The notes beneath the pieces were generated by a model. That model worked only from the letters and a program-made list of their open reading frames with translations. It was not told the origin of the DNA and searched no databases. Both the position numbers and the translations under genes were made by a program. A stretch of 64,000 nucleotides of DNA from Planctomycetota bacterium (GTDB lineage: Bacteria > Planctomycetota > Planctomycetia > Pirellulales > Pirellulaceae), in assembly GCA_046086325.1 (NCBI GenBank), contig JBJSXJ010000233.1, positions 2,177-66,176 on the forward strand, written 5' to 3'. Numbering within the stretch: the stretch's first letter is position 1; every line of letters begins with the position of its first letter. Positions 39,152 to 48,887 of this stretch are shown piece by piece.

Positions 39152-40420
39152 TTATTTCACTTTGTTGGGCACATACTCATGATCGCGCTTTCGCAGCACC
39201 GTAACTTCCAACATCTTGTCGGGTGGAGTGCGCGATGGATCTTCGGGATTAATGCGCTGAATCTTCGCCAGCACATCCAGCCCCTCGATCACGCGACCAA
39301 AGACCGTGTGACGTCCATTCAGATGACTCGTCGGTACAAACGTCAGAAAGAATTGCGATCCACCCGTGTCTTTACCCGCATGAGCCATGCTCAAGGTACC
39401 GCGGAAATGACTACGATGATTGTCCTTGGGCCATTCGCAGTAGATTTTATAGCCGGGATCGCCCGTGCCGGTGCCGATCGGGCAGCCACCTTGAGCCATG
39501 AAATTCCCTAGCACTCGATGGAACAACAACCCATTGTAGAACTTGCTCTCCACCAGATTAATGAAGTTGCCCACGGTCTCCGGAGCTTCATTCTCGAATA
39601 ACTCCACCACCATGTCGCCCTTCGTAGTCTTGATTTTGACCCGCGGCAAATCATCTTTTTCCGCTTCTGCTTTTCGCAGCTTCTCTTCCACTTCCCAGAG
39701 CTGCTTGTATTCACCAATCGAAGCTTGAAACTTCTTCGCTAAATCGTTCGTGAGCGCGTTCGCATCGGCGGCTTTCTTGAACAGCTCTTCCGCTTTGTCG
39801 TATTGATTGAGCGAAAAAGCGGTGACACCTGCGAATTGATAGAGTTCCGCGAGTTCACATTGGTTGTCCAGTAACGTCTGTGCCAGCACGGATGCATCTT
39901 CGTAGCGATCCTGCCGCACATCATCCTCAATCATGTTGACGAGGAAACGAGCCAGAGCGAGGTCCACATTGGGCTGCGCGACATAGGCTGCGGTACCGAG
40001 TGTCCGCAGTTGCGGAATCAAAGCATTCCCCTTCGTTACCGACTCATCCCACGCCTTGCGCAGTTCCGCCGCCTCTGCGTCCGGTGCCGTCTGGAACTTG
40101 ACTTTGATCGCTCGCAGTTCCTTGAGCACGCCCTTCCACTCGGCCAGTCTCGCCTGGTATTCCTTGATCGCCTGCTCACCTTCGACCACAGCCGGCTTTT
40201 CAGCCGCCGGCTTTTCAGCCGCTGGTTTTTCAGCGGCTGGTTTTTCCGCGGCTGGTTTCTCAGCCGCTGGTTTCTCAGCCGCTGGTTTAGGCTCGTCGTC
40301 CGCTCGCAGCCCAAGCGGGTCGACCGCTAAGCCGAGCGCCACCAGGCTTGTCGTCATCCAACTTCCGCACCAAAAAGACCGCATCGCCGAGACTCGCTGC
40401 AGATAGCCGATCTTGTTCAT
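39152..40420 (-). CDS. cyclophilin-type PPIase paralog with (KPAAE)n linker and helical N-domain
   Basis: [25 protein letters not shown]...[18 protein letters not shown]...[11 protein letters not shown] prefer the ATG at 40420 (MNKIGYLQ...) because the upstream 121 codons of the ORF look non-coding. Confidence 0.75.
   Translation of the reverse strand: MNKIGYLQRVSAMRSFWCGSWMTTSLVALGLAVDPLGLRADDEPKPAAEKPAAEKPAAEKPAAEKPAAEKPAAEKPAVVEGEQAIKEYQARLAEWKGVLKELRAIKVKFQTAPDAEAAELRKAWDESVTKGNALIPQLRTLGTAAYVAQPNVDLALARFLVNMIEDDVRQDRYEDASVLAQTLLDNQCELAELYQFAGVTAFSLNQYDKAEELFKKAADANALTNDLAKKFQASIGEYKQLWEVEEKLRKAEAEKDDLPRVKIKTTKGDMVVELFENEAPETVGNFINLVESKFYNGLLFHRVLGNFMAQGGCPIGTGTGDPGYKIYCEWPKDNHRSHFRGTLSMAHAGKDTGGSQFFLTFVPTSHLNGRHTVFGRVIEGLDVLAKIQRINPEDPSRTPPDKMLEVTVLRKRDHEYVPNKVK
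40191..40288. repeat. 15-bp tandem repeat, about 6.5 copies, coding (KPAAE)n on the minus strand
   Basis: gccggcttttcagcc / gccggcttttcagcc / gctggtttttcagcg / gctggtttttccgcg / gctggtttctcagcc / gctggtttctcagcc / gctggttt. Confidence 0.85.
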
Positions 40421-40649
40421 CGCGTCGCACTCCACTATTTGGGAAGACCTGATAAGCATCTTCAGGGACAGGCTGTTGCCCACGTCCTGCAAGCTCCGTA
40501 TTCTACCAGCGAAGGATGCCGCGGGTAGACGCCCCCCGCCTAGGCTGCTAAAAACTTCACACCCGTGCAGTGGCCTCGCGGTCGCTGAAAAACTCCCCTG
40601 AGGTTCGTTTACCCGGTCGCCGGCAAGGTTATGTCGAGCGGCAGAAAGG

Positions 40650-41387
40650 TTGGTTGAGAGGATGGGACGTCGTCGTTCAACCGATCGTTCTCGGCAAGAT
40701 TCCTCGTTCGAGGAAACAGCGCCGCGACCCGCGCCCACTCCTCGTGGCGGCTCCGAGCAGCCGACGGGTGAGGTGCGAATCATTGGCGGATCGCTACGTG
40801 GTCGAGTGTTACCGTTTTTGGGCGGCGATCACCTGCGTCCCATGAAGGACCGAGTGCGCGAGGCGGTATTCAACCTGCTCGCCGATAACGTTAAAGGTAC
40901 GCAGGTTATCGATCTGTTTGCGGGAACCGGTGTGCTGGCCTTCGAAGCGCTCAGTCGCGGTGCCACCGCCGCTCTGCTGCTCGAACGACATTTTCCGACG
41001 GCGCGACAGATGCAGCGCCGAGCGGCTGAAATGCAACTGGAAGATCGCGTCGAGGTGCTTTCGAGCGACACGTTTGTCTGGGCCAAACGATTCTTCGCCG
41101 GGACACTGGCCAATCCCGATGGCACTCGTCGTGACCTGTTAAGCGAATGGCAAGGACGGCCTTGGCTGATCTTCTGCTGTCCGCCTTATTCCCTCTTCGT
41201 CACTCGCCCCGACGAAGTAATTCAACTCGTAACTCAATTGCGTGATCGAGCTCCACCGGGCAGCTTGCTGGTGGTGGAATCGGATGAACGGTTTGATCCC
41301 GGCCAGCTTCCCGATGCCGACGCCTGGGTCACTCGAGTTTATCCGCCCGCAGTCATCGCCATCTGGCGTTGCCGTAACGACTCATAA
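40650..41387 (+). CDS. rsmD: 16S rRNA (guanine966-N2)-methyltransferase RsmD
   Basis: [10 protein letters not shown]...[33 protein letters not shown], and the CPPY (D/NPPY-type) motif. Confidence 0.75.
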   Translation: MVERMGRRRSTDRSRQDSSFEETAPRPAPTPRGGSEQPTGEVRIIGGSLRGRVLPFLGGDHLRPMKDRVREAVFNLLADNVKGTQVIDLFAGTGVLAFEALSRGATAALLLERHFPTARQMQRRAAEMQLEDRVEVLSSDTFVWAKRFFAGTLANPDGTRRDLLSEWQGRPWLIFCCPPYSLFVTRPDEVIQLVTQLRDRAPPGSLLVVESDERFDPGQLPDADAWVTRVYPPAVIAIWRCRNDS

Positions 41388-42157
41388 CTCATCACCGCCG
41401 CTGCCACCGACACATTCAAACTATCGGCGCGTCCCAGCATCGGCAGCCGAATCGGCGTGACTTCCGGTCCCCGCCACTCGTCGCTCAACCCCTGCGACTC
41501 CGCGCCAAACACCAGGGCCACAAGTCCGGTGAGGTCCACGGCGGTGTATTCAGCGGCGCCGTCGACGCGCGCCGTGAACAAACGAGCTCGATGCTGGAGC
41601 AGCCATTTTTTCGCGGCGGCACTTTCAGCGGCACAGACCGGCACGGTGAAGATGGTCCCCACACTGGCGCGAATGACGTTGGGATTATAGAGGTCCGTGC
41701 CACCACAGCTGATGACTGCCGCCGCACCCACGGCATCTGCTGTGCGTAAGACCGCTCCCACGTTGCCGGGTTTTTCTAATTGTTCGAGCACCAGGATCAA
41801 GCCGCTGGGGGGAAGCTGAAGATCAGTCAGCGTCGGGCGCGGTAAGCGTGCCACTCCCAACAAACCCTCGCCTCGCTCACCATAGACGAGCTTCTCGAGC
41901 ACATTCGGTGTTACCGTATAGACCTCGGGCGCACGCTGGCCCAACTCACCGGCTTGAGCCAGCAGTGCATAGTCCTCTTCGCCCGCACATCGTTCCGGAC
42001 AGAAGAATAACTCTAAGATCTCGACTCCCGCCTCGAGCGCACGACGCAGCTCGCGCACTCCATCAATGAGTAGTCGCCCCTGACGCTGACGATCGCGTCG
42101 ATCGCGCAGCTTGACCGCTTCTTTCACTCGCGGATTATGAACACTGGTGATAAGCAT
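41339..42157 (-). CDS. TrmH/SpoU family RNA 2'-O-methyltransferase
   Basis: NPRVKE...LIDGVRELRRALEAG N-domain, then LEQLEKPGNVGAVLRTADAVGA, FGAESQGLS and [13 protein letters not shown] motifs. The ATG at 42157 (MLITSVHNP) is preferred. Confidence 0.75.
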   Translation of the reverse strand: MLITSVHNPRVKEAVKLRDRRDRQRQGRLLIDGVRELRRALEAGVEILELFFCPERCAGEEDYALLAQAGELGQRAPEVYTVTPNVLEKLVYGERGEGLLGVARLPRPTLTDLQLPPSGLILVLEQLEKPGNVGAVLRTADAVGAAAVISCGGTDLYNPNVIRASVGTIFTVPVCAAESAAAKKWLLQHRARLFTARVDGAAEYTAVDLTGLVALVFGAESQGLSDEWRGPEVTPIRLPMLGRADSLNVSVAAAVMSYESLRQRQMAMTAGG

Positions 42158-42189
42158 GTTGCCATGATACGGAAGCGAGGCGCCCAACG

Positions 42190-42831
42190 CTACGACGCAC
42201 GATCTCGCTCGCCACGCAGCAAACGTTGTTTCATGGTTACTCCCTGCGGAGCGGAGAAACCAACCAACTGGCCGCTCGCTCCGACCACGCGATGACACGG
42301 CACCACGAGCGGCACTCGATTGCGCGCCATCACGCTGCCTACCGCTCGAGCCGCTTGCGGCGATCCGACCTGTCGAGCCAACTCGCCGTAGGTTCTGGTT
42401 TCGCCAGGTGGGATTGAACGACAACTGGCAATCACTTGTCGCTGAAAATCAGTCAGCCCAACTTCATCAATCGCCACATCTCGAAAATCACCATCAGCAA
42501 ACGTTTCCGCATACCGTCGCAAGCGTCGCACCAGCTCCGTGTGCTCGCTCAACACTGTCGCCTCCTGCGGGTTCAGGCGAGCGTCTCGGGAGCCGGACAG
42601 GATCGCCTGCAGAGCTTCTGCTGCGGTCTCGTGTCCGAAGGAAAGTTGTGCCAGCAAGGCACCACGCCACCGAACCGCGATCCAGCCCAATGGGCTCGGA
42701 AATACCGCCACCAAGGTCGTGGGCTCCAGCCACAACCACTGCTCGGCGCCGCTAACTGCCTGACTTGTCAGTGACTCGCTAATCGTTACGACCGGAATTT
42801 GATTTCCAAAAAAATCGATTTCAACGGTCAT
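42190..42831 (-). CDS. ogt: methylated-DNA--protein-cysteine methyltransferase
   Basis: Active site VPCHRVV, preceded by TYGELARQVGSPQAARAVGSVMARN. The ATG at 42831 is preferred. Confidence 0.8.
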   Translation of the reverse strand: MTVEIDFFGNQIPVVTISESLTSQAVSGAEQWLWLEPTTLVAVFPSPLGWIAVRWRGALLAQLSFGHETAAEALQAILSGSRDARLNPQEATVLSEHTELVRRLRRYAETFADGDFRDVAIDEVGLTDFQRQVIASCRSIPPGETRTYGELARQVGSPQAARAVGSVMARNRVPLVVPCHRVVGASGQLVGFSAPQGVTMKQRLLRGERDRAS

Positions 42832-43010
42832 TACGAAGTACCAGCCATTTGACGAGGAAAAGTTGCCACGAAATGATGGAAACCGCTGAAGTTGAAGGTT
42901 AGTCGCACCGCAGCGCACTGGGGCCTTCCCAGTCGTCTGCCGTTCGCTCGACCATCATCCGGCAATCGGACTCCTGGACCCTTTGGTACCCTGGCACGAG
43001 GAACCAACGA

Positions 43011-43682
43011 ATGACTCGCCTGACAACTCTGAGCGGCCTGCTGTTACTGTCACTCACCTCGATCGCCAATGCACAGCAAACTTGGCAAACGCTGCCCACC
43101 AATCCCGCCGCAGGATCCCCCGCTCCCACTTACTCAGCACCCGCCTATCCCACACCTGCTTATCCCACACCTGCTTACGCGGCACCGATGTATGCCGCTC
43201 CCGTGTACTCAACTCCCACGTATCCAACTCCCACGTATTCTGCTGCCGCTTATCCGCCGCCGGCCTACGCCGCGGGTACTCCCTATGTCGTGCCGTCCTA
43301 TGCAGCGCCGCCGTCCTATGCAGCGCCGCCACCTCGCTGGTGGAATCTCCCGGTGAGCAGTTGGTTTGGGTCGGCACGCCCGGCTGCTCCCACGGTTGCC
43401 GCCAAACCAGCCTACGCCCAGCCGCCCGTCTATGCTGCCGCACCGGCTTACACTCCAGCTCCGGTCTACGCTGCTGCACCCACCTACGCTGCTGCACCCA
43501 TTTACGGATCTCCACCCGCCTACGCTGCCGCGCCCGCTTATGCTGCCGCACCGGCTTACACAGCGTCACCGAACTTTGTCACCACGATGAGGCCCGCCGT
43601 TCCACCGCCAGCGAACGTGCCAACCAATTTCCTCTATACGCGAGGTTTATTTGGTCAGCCGCGAATTGTGCCGCTGCCTTAG
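43011..43682 (+). CDS. secreted Pro/Ala/Tyr-rich repeat protein (hypothetical)
   Basis: Signal peptide MTRLTTLSGLLLLSLTSIANAQQ, followed by about 30 short x-P-x-Y / YAAAP repeats. Two other frames are also open across this low-complexity DNA, so the frame was chosen on the signal peptide. Confidence 0.5.
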   Translation: MTRLTTLSGLLLLSLTSIANAQQTWQTLPTNPAAGSPAPTYSAPAYPTPAYPTPAYAAPMYAAPVYSTPTYPTPTYSAAAYPPPAYAAGTPYVVPSYAAPPSYAAPPPRWWNLPVSSWFGSARPAAPTVAAKPAYAQPPVYAAAPAYTPAPVYAAAPTYAAAPIYGSPPAYAAAPAYAAAPAYTASPNFVTTMRPAVPPPANVPTNFLYTRGLFGQPRIVPLP

Positions 43683-43773
43683 ACAACCCTCGGCCCACGG
43701 GGGTCGTCACCGAGCAGTCTTTATCCGTTTCTGTCGGCTGGAATCGGTCCACGAGCGGCCGCTTTCGCGCCGC

Positions 43774-45348
43774 TTAGCCGCCCACGTCGCCCGTGCTCCA
43801 TGAGCCATTGATGAGCCGCCACATGCCGCCGGGATTCTTGTCGCGCAGCGCGTCGGGTAATCGCTGAGGCCGCACGCCATCGAAGCATTGCAGCATGCCG
43901 AAGCGCCGCAGTGATGCTGGAATGCCGACTGCCGTAAAGCCCGGATGGCCTGTCGCGGGAAATGGACCGCCATGGTTCATCGCGGCACTGACCGCCACGC
44001 CCGTCGGCATTTTGTCATTCAGCAACCGGCCCACTCGCTGTCGCAGCCGTGGTGCCAGATGATCATACGCATCATCATCGCTGCCGCGCGTGTCAGAGTA
44101 GATGCAGCCCGTGAGATTACCTTCCATGTGATCGAGGATCACACCGGCTTGAGCCAAACTATCCGCGACAACAAATAACGCCTCATTGCCAAATGCCTCC
44201 GCTTGCAGCTCTTCCGGATGCTGCAAAAACTGACTTCCCGTTACTCGCAACAGCGTGTTGGCGTGACAGTAGCCGGCTCCTCCACCGCTGGTATTACCCG
44301 CCACCACTTCCGCACCGGCAGCGGTGAGCGTATTGATTCCCTGCCGCAGCGAGGCTTCCACGCTCTTCGACAGCAGGGTGCCGACGGGCGCTTGCTGGAA
44401 TGCCGCCGCCACCTTGCCGATGAATTCTTCCGTCTCGGCACCCGCGACGAGCACCACGAGTCCTGGATTGGTGCAAAACTGTCCGGTCCCCATCAAGCAG
44501 CTACTCGAGAATTGCTGCACGAGATCATCGAGTCGCTCGCGGAGCGCACCCGGCAAGATCACCACCGGATTGACGCTCGACAGCTCCAGATAAATCGGCT
44601 TTCCAACTCGATCGGCGGCCGTTTTCAGTGCCAAGCCTGCGGAGCGACTACCGGTGTAGCCCGTCGCACCCACTCGCGGGTCCGAAACCAATCGTTCGCC
44701 ATCCGCATGTCCCGTTCGATAGATAAGCTGCACGGTTCCCGCTGGCAAACCCGCTTCTTGCAGCGCTGCCAAAGCTTCTTCGGCAAACAACCGAGTCGTG
44801 CCGGGATGTGAGGAATTGGCTTTACCGATTACCGGATTGCCAGCCGCAATCGCAGCGGCAAAATCTCCGCCCGCTAAACTGTTGAACGCGAACGGAAAAT
44901 TATTCGGACCGAATACGCAGACCGGTCCCAGCGGTGCCAGGTACGAGCGGATATTCGCGGCCGTATCAATGGTGGGAAGCGACCACGAGCCCTCGCGCGC
45001 TGCCGCCGCTGCCTGCCGCAACTGCGCCGTCGTCCGCGGCAACTCGACATCATTCAAGCGCGGTGCCTTCGGCAGCGCGGTTTCCAAATGAGCCATCTCG
45101 ACCAAGTCGGCGCGTCGAGCCTCGATGCGCGTCGCAAACAGTTCCAGAAAATTGGCGATCGCTTCCCGCGGCAACGCGCGCAGCGCTGCGGCTGCCGCCG
45201 TCGCGGTCGTCAATGCCTCGTCGCAGTCCGCCCAGAAACTCACCGGATACTCGTCTGCCAACGGCTCCTTGGTGCGAGGATTTTCCGCTCGAAACGATTG
45301 ATTCCCATACGCGGGACGCCAATGACCGGAGATCAATACGGGCTGCAT
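43774..45348 (-). CDS. NAD(P)+-dependent aldehyde dehydrogenase (alpha-ketoglutaric-semialdehyde-dehydrogenase-like)
   Basis: ALDH-family layout: FGPNNFPFAF, LELSSVNP (catalytic Glu region), GQFCTNPG (catalytic Cys). 524 aa. Confidence 0.8.
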   Translation of the reverse strand: MQPVLISGHWRPAYGNQSFRAENPRTKEPLADEYPVSFWADCDEALTTATAAAAALRALPREAIANFLELFATRIEARRADLVEMAHLETALPKAPRLNDVELPRTTAQLRQAAAAAREGSWSLPTIDTAANIRSYLAPLGPVCVFGPNNFPFAFNSLAGGDFAAAIAAGNPVIGKANSSHPGTTRLFAEEALAALQEAGLPAGTVQLIYRTGHADGERLVSDPRVGATGYTGSRSAGLALKTAADRVGKPIYLELSSVNPVVILPGALRERLDDLVQQFSSSCLMGTGQFCTNPGLVVLVAGAETEEFIGKVAAAFQQAPVGTLLSKSVEASLRQGINTLTAAGAEVVAGNTSGGGAGYCHANTLLRVTGSQFLQHPEELQAEAFGNEALFVVADSLAQAGVILDHMEGNLTGCIYSDTRGSDDDAYDHLAPRLRQRVGRLLNDKMPTGVAVSAAMNHGGPFPATGHPGFTAVGIPASLRRFGMLQCFDGVRPQRLPDALRDKNPGGMWRLINGSWSTGDVGG

Positions 45349-45539
45349 GATTATTTAAGTCGCTCAAAGAGGGAAGAAGAAAAACATGTCGGCATTCGAT
45401 TCCTGGTTGCGCGGCAGCATCAGCAGACGTTACACTGGCCACCGGTTCCGGATTGTACGGTGGCAACTATCCCATGGGGAAGGTTGCATCCACCAGCCGA
45501 CCCTCGCAAAACTCGACCAACGATCCTCAGGATTCTTCC

Positions 45540-46823
45540 ATGAACACCACACCTCGTACCAACCGGCTGGTGATTTTGATCGCCAACTTGGCATTTGTCG
45601 CTAGCACATTTGTAATTAGCACACTGGCGAACCGGAGCCCATCACTCTTGGCCGCCGACGTCGCGCTGCGTGAACAAGAGTTACCCACGAAACTCACCGT
45701 GGGTTACGCCGTCCGTCTCCTCGACATGAACGCCGATAAACGACTCGACATCTGCATCGTCGACTCCGACCGAATTCTCTGGTTGGAAAACCCAAATTGG
45801 AACGAGCACATTTTGGTGGGCCCGGGACAAACCAAAAAAGATAACGTCTGTTTCGCTCCCTACGATATCGATGGAGATGGATTGCCAGAGTTCGCAGTAG
45901 GAGCTGATTGGCGCCCCTTCGACACCGCCACTGGCGGCACCATCCAATGGATCGGTCGCGGCGAGAAACCACAAGATTCCTGGCGAGTCTATCCGATTGG
46001 CGAGGAGCCTACGGTCCATCGTATGCAGTTCGCGGACCTCGATGCCGATGGGCGTGCCGAGCTGATTGTTTCGCCGCTGATGGGTCGCGGAACCACGAAA
46101 CCGAATTGGTCTGAAGCGCCCGTTCGGCTACTCGCCTACACCATCCCGAAAGATCCGCGCCGTGAGCCGTGGGTCCCCAAAGTCCTCAATGAAGATGTGC
46201 ATGTCACCCACAATCTCATCCCGGCCGACGTTGATGGCGATGGCAAGCTGGACTTGCTGCTGGTGAGTTTTGAAGGAGTGCACTGGCTGCGCCGCACTCC
46301 CAGCGGCTCCTGGCAACGCACTCGAATTGGCACCGGCAATCAAGCCACTTCACCGAATCGCGGCGCCAGTGAAATCAAATATGGGAAATTGGGGAAGACC
46401 GATTACATAGCGACGATTGAACCATGGCATGGAAGTCAAGTTGTTGTTTACACGCGACCCACCACAGCGGCTCCCGCCATTGATCCCAGCGCAAAGCCCA
46501 ATGAATGGCTCTGGCAACGTCATCTGCTCGATGAAAAACTCGCCTGGGGTCACGGCGTATTCTGCGCGAACTTGGATGATGACGCCGACGAAGAACTGAT
46601 CATCGGCGTGCGCGATGATCTCGATCCCCAGAATCGTCGCGGAGTGCGCATCTATGATCCCACCGATGCAGCTGCCGGTAAGTGGTCGCGACAAGTGATC
46701 GACCCAGGCAGCGTGGCCGTCGAGGATCTGGCAGCGGGTGACTTGAATGGTGACGGACGCGTCGACATCGTCGCCGTCGGACGACAAACCCACAACGTCA
46801 AGATTTACTGGAATTCGAAATGA
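45540..46823 (+). CDS. FG-GAP/VCBS repeat protein with signal-anchor
   Basis: DIDGDGLPEF, DLDADGRAELIV, DVDGDGKLDLLLV and DLNGDGRVDIVAV. The ATG at 45540 gives MNTTPRTNRLVILIANLAFVAS. An alternative start lies at 45453. Confidence 0.6.
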   Translation: MNTTPRTNRLVILIANLAFVASTFVISTLANRSPSLLAADVALREQELPTKLTVGYAVRLLDMNADKRLDICIVDSDRILWLENPNWNEHILVGPGQTKKDNVCFAPYDIDGDGLPEFAVGADWRPFDTATGGTIQWIGRGEKPQDSWRVYPIGEEPTVHRMQFADLDADGRAELIVSPLMGRGTTKPNWSEAPVRLLAYTIPKDPRREPWVPKVLNEDVHVTHNLIPADVDGDGKLDLLLVSFEGVHWLRRTPSGSWQRTRIGTGNQATSPNRGASEIKYGKLGKTDYIATIEPWHGSQVVVYTRPTTAAPAIDPSAKPNEWLWQRHLLDEKLAWGHGVFCANLDDDADEELIIGVRDDLDPQNRRGVRIYDPTDAAAGKWSRQVIDPGSVAVEDLAAGDLNGDGRVDIVAVGRQTHNVKIYWNSK

Positions 46824-48844
46824 TCGGGACATTGCTCTTAGCGACTACCACGATGCTGGCCGCTGACCAACGTGAATGGACACCAGAAACCATGCTACTG
46901 GTGCGACGCATCAACAGCGTCCAGGTGTCGCCCGACGGCCAGCGAGTCGTCGTCGCAGTTCGTTCTGCCGTCATGAATGATGGACAGAGCGAGTATCGCA
47001 CTGCGCTCTATTTGGGATCCCACGGGGAACAAGCTCGGAACCCCGTAGCGCTGCGACCTCTCACACTCAGTTCGCATTCCTGCGACGACCCTCAGTGGTC
47101 TCCGTCTGGCGACTGGATTGCCTTTCTGTCCAATCGAGTGGGCAAGAAAAATCTGTGGCTCATTCGACCAGATGGCGGCGAAGCACTGCAGCTCACCGAT
47201 AGTCAAACAGATCTATCCAGCTATCAATGGGCACCCGATTCCCAATCGATCGCCTTCACCGCCTTGGAGCCGCTAAGTGCCACGGAACAGCAGCAACTTG
47301 CCGAAAAGAATGACAGTCGAGTCGTCGATGAGAACATCAAGAAACAACGCCTTTGGCTGGCAGCGGTCCATGCATCACCTGTTTTGCAGCGCACACCACG
47401 ACTGTTATCACCGGAGACGATGAATCTGGTGGTTGATACGGGGCGGCCAGGACGTGCCGCGTTTGATTGGTCTCCCGATAGTCAATCGCTCGTGGTTTCT
47501 CATTCCCGTTCACCACTGGCTGACGACTGGGGCACCGCCGATCTCTCCATCATCGAAGTCGCCTCTGGGAATCAGCGTTCCTTGGTGAAGAGTGCGGCGG
47601 CGGAGACCGCGCCGTTGTTTTCACCCGACGGGCAGACCATCGCCTTCTGTCAAAGTGATTCACCTCCATCCTGGGCCGGTCATCGCCAATTACATCTTGT
47701 TGCGGCAAGTGGTGGCAAGCCGCGTCCTCTCGCCTCTACACCCGACGAGTTCGGTCGCTATTCGGAACTCATCGGCTGGTCGGGCGATGGCCAGTCGCTG
47801 TTTGTCACCGAAATACGGGGAACAAATCTGCGCGTCATGAAGGTACCTTGCGACGCCTCAGCGCCACAGGATTTATCGAGCGGTGAGGGGATGGCTATTA
47901 CGGGTGTGGCACTGAATCACACTCACACTCATTTTGGTTTTAGCTGGGAAACTCTCAGCCAAGCAGCAGAAGCGATGGTAACGTCGGTCGAGTCGTGGCA
48001 GCCGCTCGCCGTGAGCAAGGTGAATCAGGACCTCCCCAAGTACGATGCCGGTGAAACTCGTTTGATTCGCTGGCCCTCGACCGACGGACTCCAAGTCGAA
48101 GGTCTGATCACCTACCCTCGCGGCTATGACCCTAAAAAACGCTATCCACTCCTCGTGATTATTCACGGTGGTCCGATGGGCGTGTTCACTCAAACTTTTC
48201 CGGGTGTAGCTGGCAATTATCCTGTAGCAGCATTTGCGGCCCGCGGTTATCTGGTGCTGCGCCCCAACCCGCGCGGCAGTAGTGGTTACGGTCGAGCATT
48301 CCGCTATGCAAACTATCAGGATTGGGGCGGTGGCGATTACCGAGACATCATGGCGGGTGTGGATCGGCTCGTGAAAGACGGTATCGCCGATCCAGAAAAC
48401 ATGGGCGTGATGGGGTGGAGCTATGGGGGCTTCATGACCTCTTGGACCATCACGCAGACGCAGCGTTTCCGCGCTGCATCCGTGGGCGCCGGCGTCACGA
48501 ATTTGATGAGCTTCACTGGCACGGCGGATATTCCTGGATTTCTGCCAGATTATTTTCGGGGCGAGTTTTGGACCAATCCAGCGACTTATCAAGAACACTC
48601 CCCCATGTTTCATATCAAAGGTGTCAAAACACCAACTTTGATCCAGCACGGGGAACGCGATGAACGAGTGCCGCTGTCCCAAGGACAAGAACTCTACAAC
48701 GCTTTAAAGCGACAAGGATGTGAGACGAAAATGGTCGTCTATCCGAGAACTCCTCACGGGATCGAGGAACCGCGCTTACTACTCGACTGCATGCAGCGAA
48801 ATCTCGACTGGTTCGACCAGTATTTACGTCGCGACCCACGATAA
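46820..48844 (+). CDS. S9 family serine peptidase (prolyl oligopeptidase / acylaminoacyl-peptidase type)
   Basis: N-terminal beta-propeller-like region (repeated SPDG / WSPDS motifs). C-terminal hydrolase with GWSYGGFMT nucleophile elbow and HGERDERVP. ATGA overlap with the upstream gene. Confidence 0.85.
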   Translation: MIGTLLLATTTMLAADQREWTPETMLLVRRINSVQVSPDGQRVVVAVRSAVMNDGQSEYRTALYLGSHGEQARNPVALRPLTLSSHSCDDPQWSPSGDWIAFLSNRVGKKNLWLIRPDGGEALQLTDSQTDLSSYQWAPDSQSIAFTALEPLSATEQQQLAEKNDSRVVDENIKKQRLWLAAVHASPVLQRTPRLLSPETMNLVVDTGRPGRAAFDWSPDSQSLVVSHSRSPLADDWGTADLSIIEVASGNQRSLVKSAAAETAPLFSPDGQTIAFCQSDSPPSWAGHRQLHLVAASGGKPRPLASTPDEFGRYSELIGWSGDGQSLFVTEIRGTNLRVMKVPCDASAPQDLSSGEGMAITGVALNHTHTHFGFSWETLSQAAEAMVTSVESWQPLAVSKVNQDLPKYDAGETRLIRWPSTDGLQVEGLITYPRGYDPKKRYPLLVIIHGGPMGVFTQTFPGVAGNYPVAAFAARGYLVLRPNPRGSSGYGRAFRYANYQDWGGGDYRDIMAGVDRLVKDGIADPENMGVMGWSYGGFMTSWTITQTQRFRAASVGAGVTNLMSFTGTADIPGFLPDYFRGEFWTNPATYQEHSPMFHIKGVKTPTLIQHGERDERVPLSQGQELYNALKRQGCETKMVVYPRTPHGIEEPRLLLDCMQRNLDWFDQYLRRDPR

Positions 48845-48887
48845 GAAGCCGGACGACGGCAGCAGCCTGCGCCGCTGCGCGCATTCC

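Noticed and set aside
40421-40783. The 121-codon N-terminal extension of the second cyclophilin ORF.
   Set aside because: It reads as non-protein-like and overlaps the rsmD start region on the other strand. The ATG at 40420 yields a sensible signal-anchor.
42158-42424. The 89-codon extension of the TrmH-family ORF.
   Set aside because: It overlaps the end of ogt on the same strand. Family homology begins at MLITSVHNPRVKE.
42983-43777. Alternative long ORFs (264 aa plus strand, 171 aa minus strand) over the Pro/Ala/Tyr repeat DNA.
   Set aside because: There is no signal peptide or other protein-like feature. The open frames are a consequence of low-complexity, stop-poor sequence. Only frame 43011 has a clean secretion signal.
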